From Mobula hypostoma (Eukaryota): a stretch of DNA of 64,000 nt. This document shows positions 37,470 to 49,939 of the stretch, in pieces (position 1 is the stretch's first letter; each line of letters begins with the position of its first letter). A program made the position numbers and the translations under genes. Below the pieces are notes generated by a model. That model did no database searches. It had not been told where the DNA came from and saw only the letters and a list, made by a program, of their open reading frames with translations. Location of the stretch: assembly GCF_963921235.1 (NCBI RefSeq), contig NC_086097.1, positions 235,602,001 to 235,666,000 of the forward strand, read 5' to 3'.

Positions 37470-37830
37470 AGATATTATAGAGGTAGACAAAATTATGAAG
37501 GTATAGATAGGGTGAATATATGTAGGTTTTTTTCCTCTCAGATTGGGTGAAACTCGAACTATTGGTCAAAGGTTTAGGGTGAAAGGTGAAATATTTAAGG
37601 AGAATCTGAGGGGAAACTTCTTCACTTAGAGAGTGGTGCAAGTGTGGAACGAGCTGCCAGAGGAAGTGGTAGATGTGGGTTCAGTTATAGCATTTAAGAA
37701 AAATATACATGGATTGGAGGGGCTTCGAGGGATATGGTTCAGGTGCAGGTAGATGAGGCTAGGTGGAAGACGATCTTGCATGAACTAGATGGACCGAAGG
37801 GCCTGATTTTGGGCTGAAATATTCTATGAA
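37470..37830 (+). mobile_element. CR1 3' fragment
   Basis: 'aacttcttcacttagagagtggtgcaagtgtggaacgagctgccagag' CR1 ORF2-end motif plus 3' UTR. Confidence 0.75.
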
Positions 37831-38461
37831 CAAAGCTCAATGGCAAGAACTTTCTAAAGGTTAGTGGATCTGTCTGGGAGCATGACTGATCACACGAGTC
37901 ACTACTTCCTGCAGGGAGGACTAGAGCTCAGTTGGACCTCTTTGTGAAGCTGTGAGGAGCAAATGTGAGGCAGGTTCCAGGTCAATCATAATCGTATCCA
38001 TGTTCTTGGACTGATTTGAAACTCTCTTTACCTTGAATCCACCTCCTTTCTTTGCCAATATCTCAGGTAAAAATAGCCGTGCTATCCTATATTATCCAAA
38101 GAACCAATGTACTATACTATTAGTAATTCTTCCTCAATCCACTTCTCAACAGCATCCACCTTTATTTCTGATTCATCCAGAGGGGAAACAGATCACAAAT
38201 ATGACTGTTGTGCTCTGATCTTGACTCCTCTCACTTCAGAAGGTACTTCACTGACTGCAAGAAGTGCCTTGGAATAACCACCAGATGTGTGTGTGTTTAT
38301 TAAGTGCCTTTCTGAATCCCTTTCTTGCATCTCTTTTGTTTAAAATATACTTATTAATGTTTCAGGAGACTTTTAGGCCTCTGATTGAAGGTTGAATCTT
38401 GAGCCCAAAGAGCTCAAATGCAAATTATTTTGTTGTGAATGAAATCATCAATTTGTTTATT

Positions 38462-38475
38462 CCACTAGATGGCAG
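38462..38475 (+). promoter_or_regulatory. CTCF consensus site
   Basis: CCACTAGATGGCAG matches CCASYAGRKGGCRS exactly and lies in non-repeat DNA. Confidence 0.45.
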
Positions 38476-39217
38476 AAGTACACCAGCAATACTCTAGAGT
38501 AGCCATTATTTAATATATTTGTATTTTGAAAATTAATACATTATTTTCTGTTAAATTGGGTGCTGACATCTAGTATGTATGTATTTATCATATTTTCAGC
38601 TAAGTCAAACAGTTCAATGAATCCCAAAAGTCCAAGTTTAAAATAAGTTTTATACTCAAATAAAAATTCTAAAAAGGCGTTTAACTACTGCCAGCAATTG
38701 TCAGAAGTGCTCATAGCTTTTTATTAAGTATTGCAGTGCACCACAGCGCCGTATGAAAGAGCAGTTCATCTGCCCAACGACGGTTTTAAAAGTTGCACCA
38801 GAATTCACAACTTTTCTGCAGAGCTTTTAGTGCAAGCTGTGTCCGGTCTGCTGAAAGGATACATGCATTTATATTGATTTAGATTATCTGGGCGATTTGC
38901 CATTCCACTAAGAAGAGATGAGCAAAAGGACAGTGAATGAGAAGCTACCTCAGAGCCAGAATCAGAATCAGGTTTAATGTCACTGATATACGTGGTTGTG
39001 TTCATGGGTTCATTGTCTGTTCAGAAGTTTGATGGTGGAGGAGTAGACACTGTTTCTGAAACACTGAGACCTCTTGTACCTCCTCTCTGGTGGTAGTAAT
39101 AGGAAGAGAGCCAGTCCTAGATGATGGGGTACTTAATGATGGATGCCGCCTTTTTGAGGCATCGCCTTTAGAAGATGGTGAACGCAGCAGGCCAGGCAGC
39201 ATCTCTAGGAAGAGGTG

Positions 39218-39255
39218 CAGTCGATGTTTCAGGTCGAGACCCTTCGTCAGGACTA
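39218..39255 (-). ncRNA. Minimal hammerhead motif (left arm)
   Basis: The - strand reads tagtc CTGACGAA GGGT-CTCG-ACCT GAAAC ATC gactg (AUC triplet; one stem III mismatch). Confidence 0.55.
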
Positions 39256-40080
39256 ACTGAAGGAAGAGCTAGTAAGGGATTTGAAAGTTGGAGGGGGAGG
39301 GGAAGATCCAAAATGATAGGAGAAGACAGGAGGGGGAGGGATGGAGCCAAGAGCTGGACAGGTGATAGGCAAAAGGGGATACGAGAGGATCATGGGACAG
39401 GAGGTCCGGGAAGAAAGGCAAGTGGGGGGGGGGAACCCAGAGGATGGGCAAGGGGTATAATCAGAGGGACAGAGGGAGAAAAAGGAGAGTGAGAGAAAGA
39501 ATGTGTGTATAAAAATAAGTAACAGATGGGGTACGAGGGGGAGGTGGGGCATTAGCGGAAGTTAGAGAAGTCGATGTTCATGCCATCAGGTTGGAGGCTA
39601 CCCAAACGGAATATAAGGTGTTGTTCCTCCAACCTGAGTGTGGCCTCATCTTTACAGTAGAGGAGGCCGTGGATAGACATGTCAGAATGGGAATGGGATG
39701 TGGAATTAAAATGTGTGGCCACTGGGTTTCCGTCTGGGTAGCCTCCAACCTGATGGCATGAACATCGACTTCTCTAACTTCCGCTAATGCCCCACCTCCC
39801 CCTCGTACCCCATCTGTTACTTACTTTTATACACACATTCTTTCTCTCACTCTCCTTTTTCTCCATCTGTCCCTCTGATTATACCCCTTGCCCATCCTCT
39901 GGGATCCCCCCCCGCTTGTCTTTCTTCCCGATCCTCCTGTCCTTTGATCCTCTTGTATCCCTTTTGCCTATCACCTGTCCAGCTCTTGGCTCCATCCCTC
40001 CCCCTCCTGTCTTCTCCTATCATTTTGGATCTTCCCCTCCCCCTCCAACTTTCAAATCCCTTACTAGCTCTTCCTTCAGT

Positions 40081-40118
40081 TAGTCCTGACGAAGGGTCTC
40101 GACCTGAAACGTCGACTG
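40081..40118 (+). ncRNA. Minimal hammerhead motif (right arm)
   Basis: tagtc CTGACGAA GGGT-CTCG-ACCT GAAAC GTC gactg. Confidence 0.7.
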
Positions 40119-40554
40119 CACCTCTTCCTAGAGATGCTGCCTGGCCTGCTGCATTCACCAGCAACTTTGATGTGTGTTGCTTGAATTTCCAGCATCTGCA
40201 GAATTCCTGTTGTTTGCCTTTAGAAGATGTTTACTTCTGCTGAAGCTCCTTTCACAGTTCCCAATGCACCTCTCTTTTTATTTAATATAGTACCACTCGA
40301 TGGTCTGAGGTTCCCACCTGCTCAATAAAGACATCTTTTGTATTGGTGCTCAAGGAGAATGTGGTGACTTGTCTCAGTGACTTCCATCTGTTAGCACTTA
40401 CATCAATCATAATCAATGGCTTCAAGAGGTGGTTTTTGGTCCAAATCAACGCCTAACTCAGAAATGACTGGATACACTTCAGTTAGCCTACCAAAGCAGA
40501 TCAAGAGGCCAGTACCAGATCTCAACTGATACTTGTGAATCGGACAATAGAACG

Positions 40555-40960
40555 ACATTCATTCATTGACTACAGCTCTGCATTCAACACAATCATCCCA
40601 TTCAAACTTATCATAAATCTTCAAGACGTGGGTCTCCCTACCTCCCTCTGCGACCGAATCCTCAACTTCCTCGTTGACAGTTCTCAATTACTGAGGATTG
40701 GTAACAACATCTCCTGCTCACTGACTATCAACGCCTGTCAACCTCAATACTGTATACTTAACCCCCTGCTCTACTCCCTATAAATGTGTAACAAAGTATA
40801 GTTCCAACGCTGTACAAACATTTGCCGATGACACCATTTTTGTTGAAAAAGTCACAGGTGGTAAAGAGTCAGTGAGGTAGGACATCTGGTTGAATGATAT
40901 TGCAACAACAACCGCTTGCTCAACGTCAGTAAAACTAAAGAAATGATGGTTAACTTTAGG
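40555..40960 (+). mobile_element. Rex1/Babar RT fragment
   Basis: FIDYSSAFNTIIP, LNPLLYSL and FADDT motifs. Confidence 0.85.
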
Positions 40961-41087
40961 AAAATTTTGTTGATTTTATATTATTTTTGTCAACATTATG
41001 TCTCTAACGCAAAATATTTGTGCATATGATAATAAAGATTCAAAGAATCAAAGTACATTTACTATCAAAGTATGTATACAGTACACA

Positions 41088-43055
41088 TAAGACCATAAAA
41101 CAAAGGAGCAGAAGTTGGCCATTCGGCCCATCGAGTCTGCTCCGCCGTTTTATCATGAGCTGATCCATTCTCCCATTTAGTCCCACTCCCCTGCCTTCTC
41201 ACCATAACCTTTGATGCCCTGGCTACTCAGATACCTATCAATCTCTGCCTTAAATACACCCAATGACTTGGCCTCCACCGCTGCCCGTGGCAATAAATTC
41301 CATAGACTCATCACCCTCTGGCTAAAAAAATTTCTTCGCATCTCTGTTCTGAATGGGCGCCCTTCAATCCTTAAGTCATGCCCTCTTGTACTAGACTCCC
41401 CCATCATGGGAAACAACTTTGCTACATCCACACTGTCCATGTCTTTCAACATTCAAAATGTTTCTATGAGGCCCCCCCTCATTCTTCTAAACTCCAAGGA
41501 ATACAGTTCAAGAGCGGACAAACGTTCCTCATATGTTAACTCTCTCATTCCCAGAACCATTCTAGTGAATCTTCTCTGTACCCTCTCCAACGTCAACACA
41601 TCCTTTCTTAAATAAGCAGACCAAAACTGCCCACAGTACTCCAAGTTAGGTCTCACCAGCGCCTTATACAGCCTCAAAATCACACCCCTGCTCCTATACT
41701 CTATTCCTCTAGAAATGAATGCCAACATTGCATTTGCCTTCTTCACCACCGACTCAACCTGGAGGTTAACCTTAAGGGTATCCTGTACGAGGACTCCCAA
41801 GTCCAGTTGCATCTCAGAACTTTGAATTCTCTCCCCATTTAAATAATAGTCTGCCGGCTTATTTCTTCTGCCAAAGTGCATAACCATACACTTTCCAACA
41901 TTGTATTCATTTGCCACTTCTTTGCCCATTCTTCTAATCTATCCAAATCTCTCTGCAGACTCTCTGCTTCCTCAGCACTACCAGCCCCTCCACCTATCTT
42001 TGTATCATCAGCAAATGTAGCCACAAAGCCATCTATTCCATAATCCAAATCGTTGATGTACAACATAAAAAGAAGCGGCCCCAACGCAGATCCCTGTGGA
42101 ACACCACTGGTAACCGGCAGCCAACCAGAATAAGATCCCTTTATTCCCACTCTCTGTTTCCTGACAATCAGCCAACACCTTATCCATGTGTGTAACTTTC
42201 CCGTAATTCCATGGGCTCTTATCTTGTTGAACAGCCTCATGTGTGGCACCTTGTCAAAGGCCTTCCGAAAATCCAAATATACAACATCTGCTGCATCTCC
42301 CTTGTCTAGCCTACTTGTAATTTCCTCAAAAAATTGTAATAGGTTTGTCAGGCAGGATTTTCCTTTAAGGAATCCATGCTGAGTTCTGCCTATCTTGTCA
42401 TATGCCTCCAGGTACTCCATAACCTCATCCTTGACAATTGACTCCGACAACTTCCCAACCACGGATGTCAAGCTAACAGGTCTATAATTTCCTTTTTGCT
42501 TCCTTGCCCCCTTCATAAATAGCGGAGTGACATTTGCAATCTTCCAGTCCTCCGGAACCATGCCAGAATCTATCAACTTTTGAAAGATCATTGCTAATGC
42601 TCCACGATCTCCACAGCTACATCCTTCAGAACACGAGGGTGCATTCCATCTCGTCTGGGAGATTTATCTACCCTTAGACTATTCAGCTTCCTGAGTACTT
42701 TCTCTGTCGTAATTGTGACTGCGCACACTTCTCTTCCTTGCCACCCTTGAGTGTCCGGTATACTGATGTCTTCCTCAGTGAAGACTGATGCAAAATACTC
42801 ATTCATTTCCTCCGCCATCTCCTTATCTCCCATTACAATTTCTCCATCATCATTTTCTATAGGTCCTCTCACCTGTCTTTTACTCTTTATATACTTGGAA
42901 AAGCTTTTAGTATCCTCTTTGATATTATTTGCTAGCTTCCTTTCATAGTTCATCTTTTCCCTCTTAATGACCTTCTTAGTTTCCTTTTGCAAGCTTTTAA
43001 AAACTTCCCAATCCTCTGTCTTCTCACTCATTTTTGCTTCCTTGTATGCCCTCTT
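41088..43055 (-). mobile_element. 5'-truncated CR1
   Basis: ORFs 41177-43031 cover the tether, RT and C-terminus with frameshifts; tail at about 41088. Confidence 0.95.
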
Positions 43056-43172
43056 CTCTGAGATTCATCTTCCCACAGACAATCACAAAAACAAACAATA
43101 CTGGAACCCATTCAACCCCACCCAACGTGTAAAAAAAAAGATATTGCACAAATCACAGATCATAAACCACAA

Positions 43173-43384
43173 GCATGAAAAAATCTGCAGATGCTGGAAA
43201 TCAAAAGCAACACACATAAATTGCTGGAGGAATACAGCAGGCCTGGCAGCATCAATGGAAAAGAGTACACAGTCAATTTTTCGGTCCTGATGAAGTTACT
43301 GGGCCTGAAACGTTGACTGTTTACTCTTTTCCATAGATTATGCCTGTTCTGCAGAGTTTCTCCAGGATTTTGTGTGTGTTGCAT
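43173..43384. mobile_element. Miniature fold-back PLE with decayed hammerhead
   Basis: Inverted arms around ggtc CTGATGAA...GAAAC GTT gactg (43283-43319); imperfect TSD ataaaccacaa / ataaaacacaa (43162-43172, 43385-43395). Confidence 0.75.
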
Positions 43385-44224
43385 ATAAAACACAATATTT
43401 ATTTCAGATCTGCAGGCCGGCCTGAGCAGCATCAGCCAAAATAGCTACCAAAAAAGGAACGACCAGGAACCAGAAACACATCATAACATGAACTACAGAG
43501 TCGAATCCTCAAACCACGTTGATTAAAACTTGCTCAAGACCCAGGATTCCAGCACCATCCTCCGGCAGCTTCGAGCAAGAGGGACAGAGAGACCTCGATA
43601 AACTCGACTTTGACAATATCTTCCATTACAAATCTTTTGCTTTGCTTTTGCAGGAAGGAAATCTTTGCTGTTCATCGGTAAACAAATAAAGCAATAGCCT
43701 CTACCAAGTTGTTAAGTTGCATTTTTTAAAACACTATTATTCCTTCAACATTGGAGAACAAGTGAATTGAAAGATATTTAATTTGACAATACAATTAATA
43801 TCCAGTGTTATTTTTATTCATGTCCTTCTTAATAATTTTTATAATGAACCATTTTGATGACTATATTTCTGAAATTCAGAATAGAATGGCTTGTAACTAC
43901 CTGCAGTGCAAATGTTATCACTGATGCTATAATTAGTTCTAAAATTGACAGAAGATTGATGTAAACTGGCTGGGCTACTACTTGCATGGATTTCAGTAAA
44001 GAAAGATGTGTATTTATCTAAAATTTTCCTGATCATTGGAATCTCAATGCACTCTACAGCTATTGATGATCTTGGTAATACAACCACTGCAATGTGCAAT
44101 GGCTGTATGTGCAAACACTGTGCAATGGTTAATGTGCAAACACTGCAGGCTATTTCCTCTTTGCAAACCTCCACAGACGTCATGATCGTGACTAAATTGT
44201 CTCCTTTTAGTGATGCAAGAGAAG

Positions 44225-44765
44225 ACGATGGGTGGCAGAGTGGAGGTATGTCTCTACCAAAAGAGGTGGTAGGCACTTCTTCCATCTGCTTGCTTCCAGT
44301 TCAACATTGCCCCACTGCCCCCCGCCCCGTCCAGGGTCACTTGAAGCCATGGGAGCTTCAAGATGGTCGAATGAGCAGCCAGTTCATATCACAAGTTCAG
44401 GTTATGTGACCACTGACACGACAGACAAGCTCTGAAGATTATTGATAATAGCAGGGGTCACCCATCTTGTAAAGGCACTGCCCAGAATCAGAATCAGGTT
44501 TAACATCACCAGCATATGTCATGAAATTTCTTGCTTGTGTCAGTAGTACAATGCAATGCATAATAATACAAAAAAAACTATGAATTACAGTAAGTATAAA
44601 TACATTAAATATTTACATTAAATTAGTAGTGCAAAAATAGAAATAAAAAAGTAGTGAAGTTGTGATTATGGGCAAGAGCAAACAACTTCTGTAGAAAAGT
44701 TTGCCATGATCAATCATGGACATAGAAAGACCATGATTGCCCACATCATACGACATGGCACAGAG
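44225..44765 (+). mobile_element. RTE-tailed non-autonomous element interrupted by a Rex1-type tail (about 44487-44670)
   Basis: 3' 'acttctgtagaaaagtttgcc...catgg...ccatgattgcccacatcatacgacatggcac' resembles RTE-type 3' ends. Confidence 0.45.
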
Positions 44766-45204
44766 CAAACAAGCAATCAGAAGTAATGTGTTGATCGGCA
44801 CACTGGAGTAATCTCCTTCGATTTGCAATAATGCTATGGGATCCCCTACAAGAGTAGCCGAAGACTGGTAAGGAATAAGGCAAGTGTCATAGGTAAAATC
44901 AATCAGTCTGCATTACTAAGAAATACTCAACATACTAGTTATTCACTACTCTGTCACTTTGTTTCTCATTCAACAAGTTAAGAAATCTTAATACTTAATA
45001 TTTATTGATTTTATTTATTTAGTAATGCAGTCGGCACAACAAGCCACGTCAGCCAGTAACCCACCGCTTCAAACCTAGCCCAATCACGGGACAATTTACG
45101 GTGACCGATTAGCCTACTACCCTGATGAGATGGCTAATGGTCATGTGTGTAATTGTTCATCCATTATGTCTTTCTTCTGATCACAAAACACTGCTGATTA
45201 CTAA

Positions 45205-45676
45205 TGTAGCCCCCTGGCAAGCCTTAGGGTCGCTCAGCTCGCTGTCGTCTAGGGAAATAGACCTCAGCCCCGCCAAACTGGGTAATTAAGTTTGTGTAGA
45301 TGCTGTGTGATGTACCCCATCCCGCCCAATAACAGACAATACACTAGATACTATTAAATGAATTACAGTTTACAGATATTACTGGAACTATATAGTTAAT
45401 AGAGAATAAAATATAAAAGGAAAAGGCGCCACACTTTTCAAAGTTCAATCTCTTCGTGCACAACCGTTGGAGCTCTAGTATCGATCCTCTCTTCACCATC
45501 CGATCTCCTCTGACCACCTCGACCTGTCGCCTGGGACCAACCACGGTCGACCAGACGCTCCACACGAGCCTGTCTCCATCTCTTCTCCTCACCGAAAACC
45601 CTGGACCTTGGAGTTCTGCTCGGGGTCCAACCCTGTTAGCCGGCTCACAGCACCTTGTCCATCCTCTCTCTCTCAG
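45205..45676. mobile_element. Truncated LTR (same family as 13164-13676)
   Basis: Starts TGTAG; shares 'gtctaggg...gccccgccaaactgg...tttgtgt.gatgctgtgt' with the solo LTR. Confidence 0.65.
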
Positions 45677-45949
45677 TGTACAAAAACTACCCTGAACTAC
45701 GTAAGACAACATAAAACTACACTAGACTACAGACCTACCCAGGACTGCATAAAGTGCACAAAACAGTGCAGGCATTACAATAAATAATAAACAAGACAAT
45801 AGGCACAGTAGAGGGCAGTAGGTTGGTGTCAGTCCAGGCTCTGGGTATTGAGGAGTTTGATGACTTGAGGGAAGAAACTGTTACATAGTCTGGTCATGAG
45901 AGCCTTTTGGTGCACTTTGGTGCCTTTTGCCAGATGGCAACTTGCTTTC

Positions 45950-47730
45950 ATATTTCATCTTTTTCCCTCCTAATGATTCTTTTTGGTGCTTTCTGTAGGT
46001 TTTTAAAAACTTCCCAATCCTCTATCTTCCCACTAGTTTTTGCTGTGTTGTATGCCCTCTCTTTTGCTTTCACATTAGCTTTGACTTCCCTTGTCAGCCA
46101 CGGTTGTACTATTTTGCTGTTTGAGTATTTCTTTGCTTTTGGAATACATCTGTCCTGCACCTTTCTCATTTTTCCCAGAAACTCAAATTATTGCTGCTCT
46201 GCTGTCATCCCTGCCAGCATCTCCCTCCAATTTACTTTGGCCAACTCCTCTCCCATACCACTGTAATGTCCTTTACTCCACTAAATACTGCTACCACCCT
46301 TTAGCCGCGAATCGGGGATGGTCACAACATCATACCTGACCATCTGTAATAGTGCAGCAAGATCATCCACATTATTTCATATACTCTGTGCATTGAGATA
46401 TTACACTTTTGAGTACTGTATGTTCTACCCTTTTTGATTCTGCCTCCCTCATGCACTGATACTCACTTTGCTGGTTGCAATTTTGACCTATCATTTGCCT
46501 GCCCTTCCTAGCAGTCTGACTGTACGCAATCTTTGATTTTTTTTTAACCAACCATCCTATCCTGAGTCCCCTCACTTCAACTCCCGGCCCCCTGCCAAAC
46601 TAGTTTAAACCCTTCCTACCGGCCCTAGTAAACCCACCTATGAGAATGTTACTCACCCTTGGGTTCAGATGCAACCCATCCCTTTTGTATAGGTTATAGT
46701 TCCCTCAGAAGAGATCCCAATGATCCAAGAATCTGAAGTCCTGCCCCCTGCACCAGCTTCTCAACCATGCATTTATCTACCAAATCATCCTGTTTCTACC
46801 CTCTCTGGTGCTTAGCACAGGTAGCAATCCAGGAATTATTAACCTGGAGGTTCTGCTTCTCGGCGTTCTACCCATCCCTCTAAAATCTCTCTCAGAACCC
46901 TTTTCCTTCCTCTGTCATTGGTACCAATATGTACCAAGACATCTGGCTGCTCTCCCTCCCACTCCTAAATGCTGTGGACGCGATCTGAGATGCCCCTAAC
47001 CCTGGCACCTGGGAGGCAATGTACCATACATTCATGTCCGCAGAATCTCCTGTCTGTTCCCTGACTATTGAGTGCCCTATCACTACCGTTTCCCACTTTT
47101 CCCTCTTTCCCTTCTACACCACGAATCCACGCTCAATGCCAGTAACCTGGTCACCATGGCATTCCCCTGGAAGGTCATCTCCCACAAAAGAATCCAAAAT
47201 GGTATATTTATTATTGAGGGGAATGGCCACGGGGTGCTCTGAGCTAACTGTCTATTCACCTTCCCATTCCTTCTCCTGACAGTGACCCAGCTACCTGCCT
47301 CCTGCAACGTAGGGGTGACTACTTCCCAGTAACTCCAGTCGATGATCTCCTCACTCTCCCACACAAGCTAAAGTCATCCAGCTGCTGCTCCAAATTCCTA
47401 ACATGGTCTTCGAGGAACTGCCGCTGGATACACTTCACACAGATGTAGTTCCCTGGGAGACTCTGGGAGGGAGGCAGCAGAAATGATATTATACACCAGT
47501 TAGCCTGACATCAGTGGTCTCCCAGGATTCCAACATCCAGTATGAAGAACAAACAATGGCCACTTAAACTACATTAAGTACCCCTGACACAATAAGAAAA
47601 AGGGAAACGTATCAGAAACTTACCCAGAGACAACCCCTCTTCCAAGCCGAAGCCTCCTTTGAGCCAAAGCCTGACACTCCCAGTCTCACCACTGGCCCAC
47701 TTCCAACAATGGCCGCTCTGCTTGTCCCTT
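45950..47730 (-). mobile_element. Old CR1 5' region (5' UTR, ORF1, ORF2 pieces)
   Basis: IGHSIVR (ORF1 esterase) and CIPKAKK..QPWLTREVK motifs; a 5' UTR block is shared with 21900-21965. Confidence 0.75.
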
Positions 47731-47819
47731 CTGTACTTTTATTTACTCCTCTCTGCGTTATTCCCACCACTGATTCCTCCTGCCGCTCTGAACCCACTCA
47801 GCTGGGATTGGCATCAACA

Positions 47820-48900
47820 TCTCCTGTGCCATCTCCATCAGCACAGGTTCACCACAATGCTGTGTGCTTAGAGCCCTGCTCTACTGGTTATACACTCATT
47901 ATTCTGTGGCTAAGCACTTCTCCATTGCCGTATTCAAGATTGCTGACATCACCACTGTCGTAGGACGAACCAAAGATGGTGATGAATCAGCATATAGGAG
48001 GGAGATTGAAAATCTGGCTGAGTGGTGCCATAACAACAATCTCTTACTTAATGTCAGCAAGACAAAGGAGATGATTATTGACTTCAGAAGAGGGAAACCA
48101 AAGGTCCATGAATCAGTCCTCGTCCGAGGATCAGAGGTGGAGAGGGTCAGCTGCTTTAAATTCCTTGGTGCTATTATTTCGGAAGACCTGTCATGACCCA
48201 GCACAGAAGTGCAATTACAAAGAAAGCATGGCAATTCCTCTGCTTCCTAGGGAGTTTGCGAAGGTTCGGTATGACATGTTAAACTTTGATAAACTTCTAT
48301 AGATGTGTAGTGGAGAGTAAATTGACTGGCTGCATCACAGTCTGGTATGGAAACACCAACGCCCTTGCATTGAAAATTCTATAAAAAGTAGTTGTGTTAC
48401 AGCCTAGTCCATCATGGGTAAAGCCCTTCCACCATTGAATACTTCTACATGAAACACTGTCACAGGAAAGCAGCATCTATCATCAGGGGTCCCGGCCACC
48501 CAGGACTCGTCTCGCTGCTGCCATCAGGAAGAAGGTACAGGAGCCTCAGGACTCACAACACCAGGTTCAGGAACAGTTATTACCCTTCAACATCAAGTCC
48601 TTGAACCAAAGGGGATAACCATCCAACTTCACTTGCCCATCATTGAAATATTCCCACACCCTACGGACTCCTCAACTCGTGTGCTCGGTATTTATTGCTT
48701 ATTTATTTTTTATTATTATTCCCTTTTTGTATTTTCACAGATTATTGTCTTTTGCACTCTGGTTGAATGGCCAAATTGGTGTGGTCTTACATTGATTCTG
48801 TTATGGCCATTAGTCTATGGATTTATTGAGTATGCCCACAAGAAAATGGATCTCAGGGTTGTATATAATGACATATAAATACTTAAGTAATAAATTTTCT
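47820..48900 (+). mobile_element. Rex1/Babar LINE 3' part
   Basis: DESAYRREIENLAEWCHNNNLLLNVSKTKEMIIDFR and VERVSCFKFLG motifs. Confidence 0.88.
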
Positions 48901-48904
48901 TTGA

Positions 48905-49935
48905 ATTTTGAGCTTTAATTCACCTTGTGTTTTTAAATGATCTGACCTAATGTGAGCATGTAGTGATTGAACAACAATGGGCCAAGAGTTGATCTTCGTG
49001 GTACACTAAACACGATGTCATGAATTTTGGATGCACAGACATCACAGCCAACAAAGAATTTTCTTCCTGTTATATAAGATTGAATCAGATTAAGGCAGTA
49101 CCAGAAAGACTTACCCATTGACTAGGGCGGTTTATGAGAATGCAGTGACCTACTGTATCAAATGCTGCACTCAATTCTAAGAAAACAAGAACTGATATTA
49201 GATTATGAAGACACGCAGTCCTCTTTTATTGTCATTTAGTAATGCATGCATTAAGAAATGATACAATATTTCCTCCGGTGTGATATCACAAAACACAGGA
49301 CAGACCAAGACTGAAAAAAAAACTAACAAAACCACATAATTATAATATATAGTTACAACAGTGCAACAATACCATAACTTGATGAAGAAGTCCATGAGCA
49401 CAGTAAAAGTTCGAAGTCTCTCAAATGTCCGACATCTCACGCAGACGGGAGAAGGAAGAAAAACTCTCCCTGCCACACCCGACCACAGTCCAACTCTGAG
49501 TCATCCGAAAACTTCGAGCTCTGATCAGCTCTCCAACACTGAGTACTGAGCGCCATCTCTATCCGAACAATTCGACCTCCATCTCGGTCACCAGCAGCAG
49601 GCAAAGCTGGGGATTTTGAAGCCTTCCCTCGGAAAGATTCCCGATCGCGCAGTAACGACAGCAGTGAAGGAGCGTTTCAGAAATTTTTCCAGCTGTTCCT
49701 CTGTGCTTTCACATCCATCTCCATCAAATCAGAATTGTCCATGGCCCCTATTTAATGGATACAATATCATTTTACACCGGAGGGCTGCGCACGCGCGGTG
49801 CGCTGCTCTCTCTCCTCCTGATATGTTACCTGCAATGGCATTAAGCTGTCAGTCTTTAACTACTTTAAGTATTGCAGTTTCTGTACTATGATTTGATGTA
49901 AAACCTGACAGATACTTTTCAAGAATAGAATTTTT
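48905..49935 (-). mobile_element. L2 LINE RT fragment, interrupted at 49199-49817
   Basis: HSTETAILKV, LSAAFDTV and STLGPLLF motifs on the - strand. Confidence 0.75.
49199..49817 (-). mobile_element. Young non-coding retroposon (619 bp)
   Basis: 7-bp TSD ctgatat (49192-49198, 49818-49824); CpG-rich 5' end; AATAAA and short (taatc) tail on the - strand. Confidence 0.7.
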
Positions 49936-49939
49936 ATTT

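Larger units (their letters stand above)
39178..40215. mobile_element. Palindromic Penelope-like insertion (two inverted pLTRs)
   Basis: 14-bp TSD gcctttagaagatg (39164-39177, 40216-40229); arms about 39176-39611 / 39728-40160; - strand ORF end HFNSTSHSHSDMSIHGLLYCKDEATLRLEEQHLIFRLGSLQPDGMNIDFSNFR*. Confidence 0.92.
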
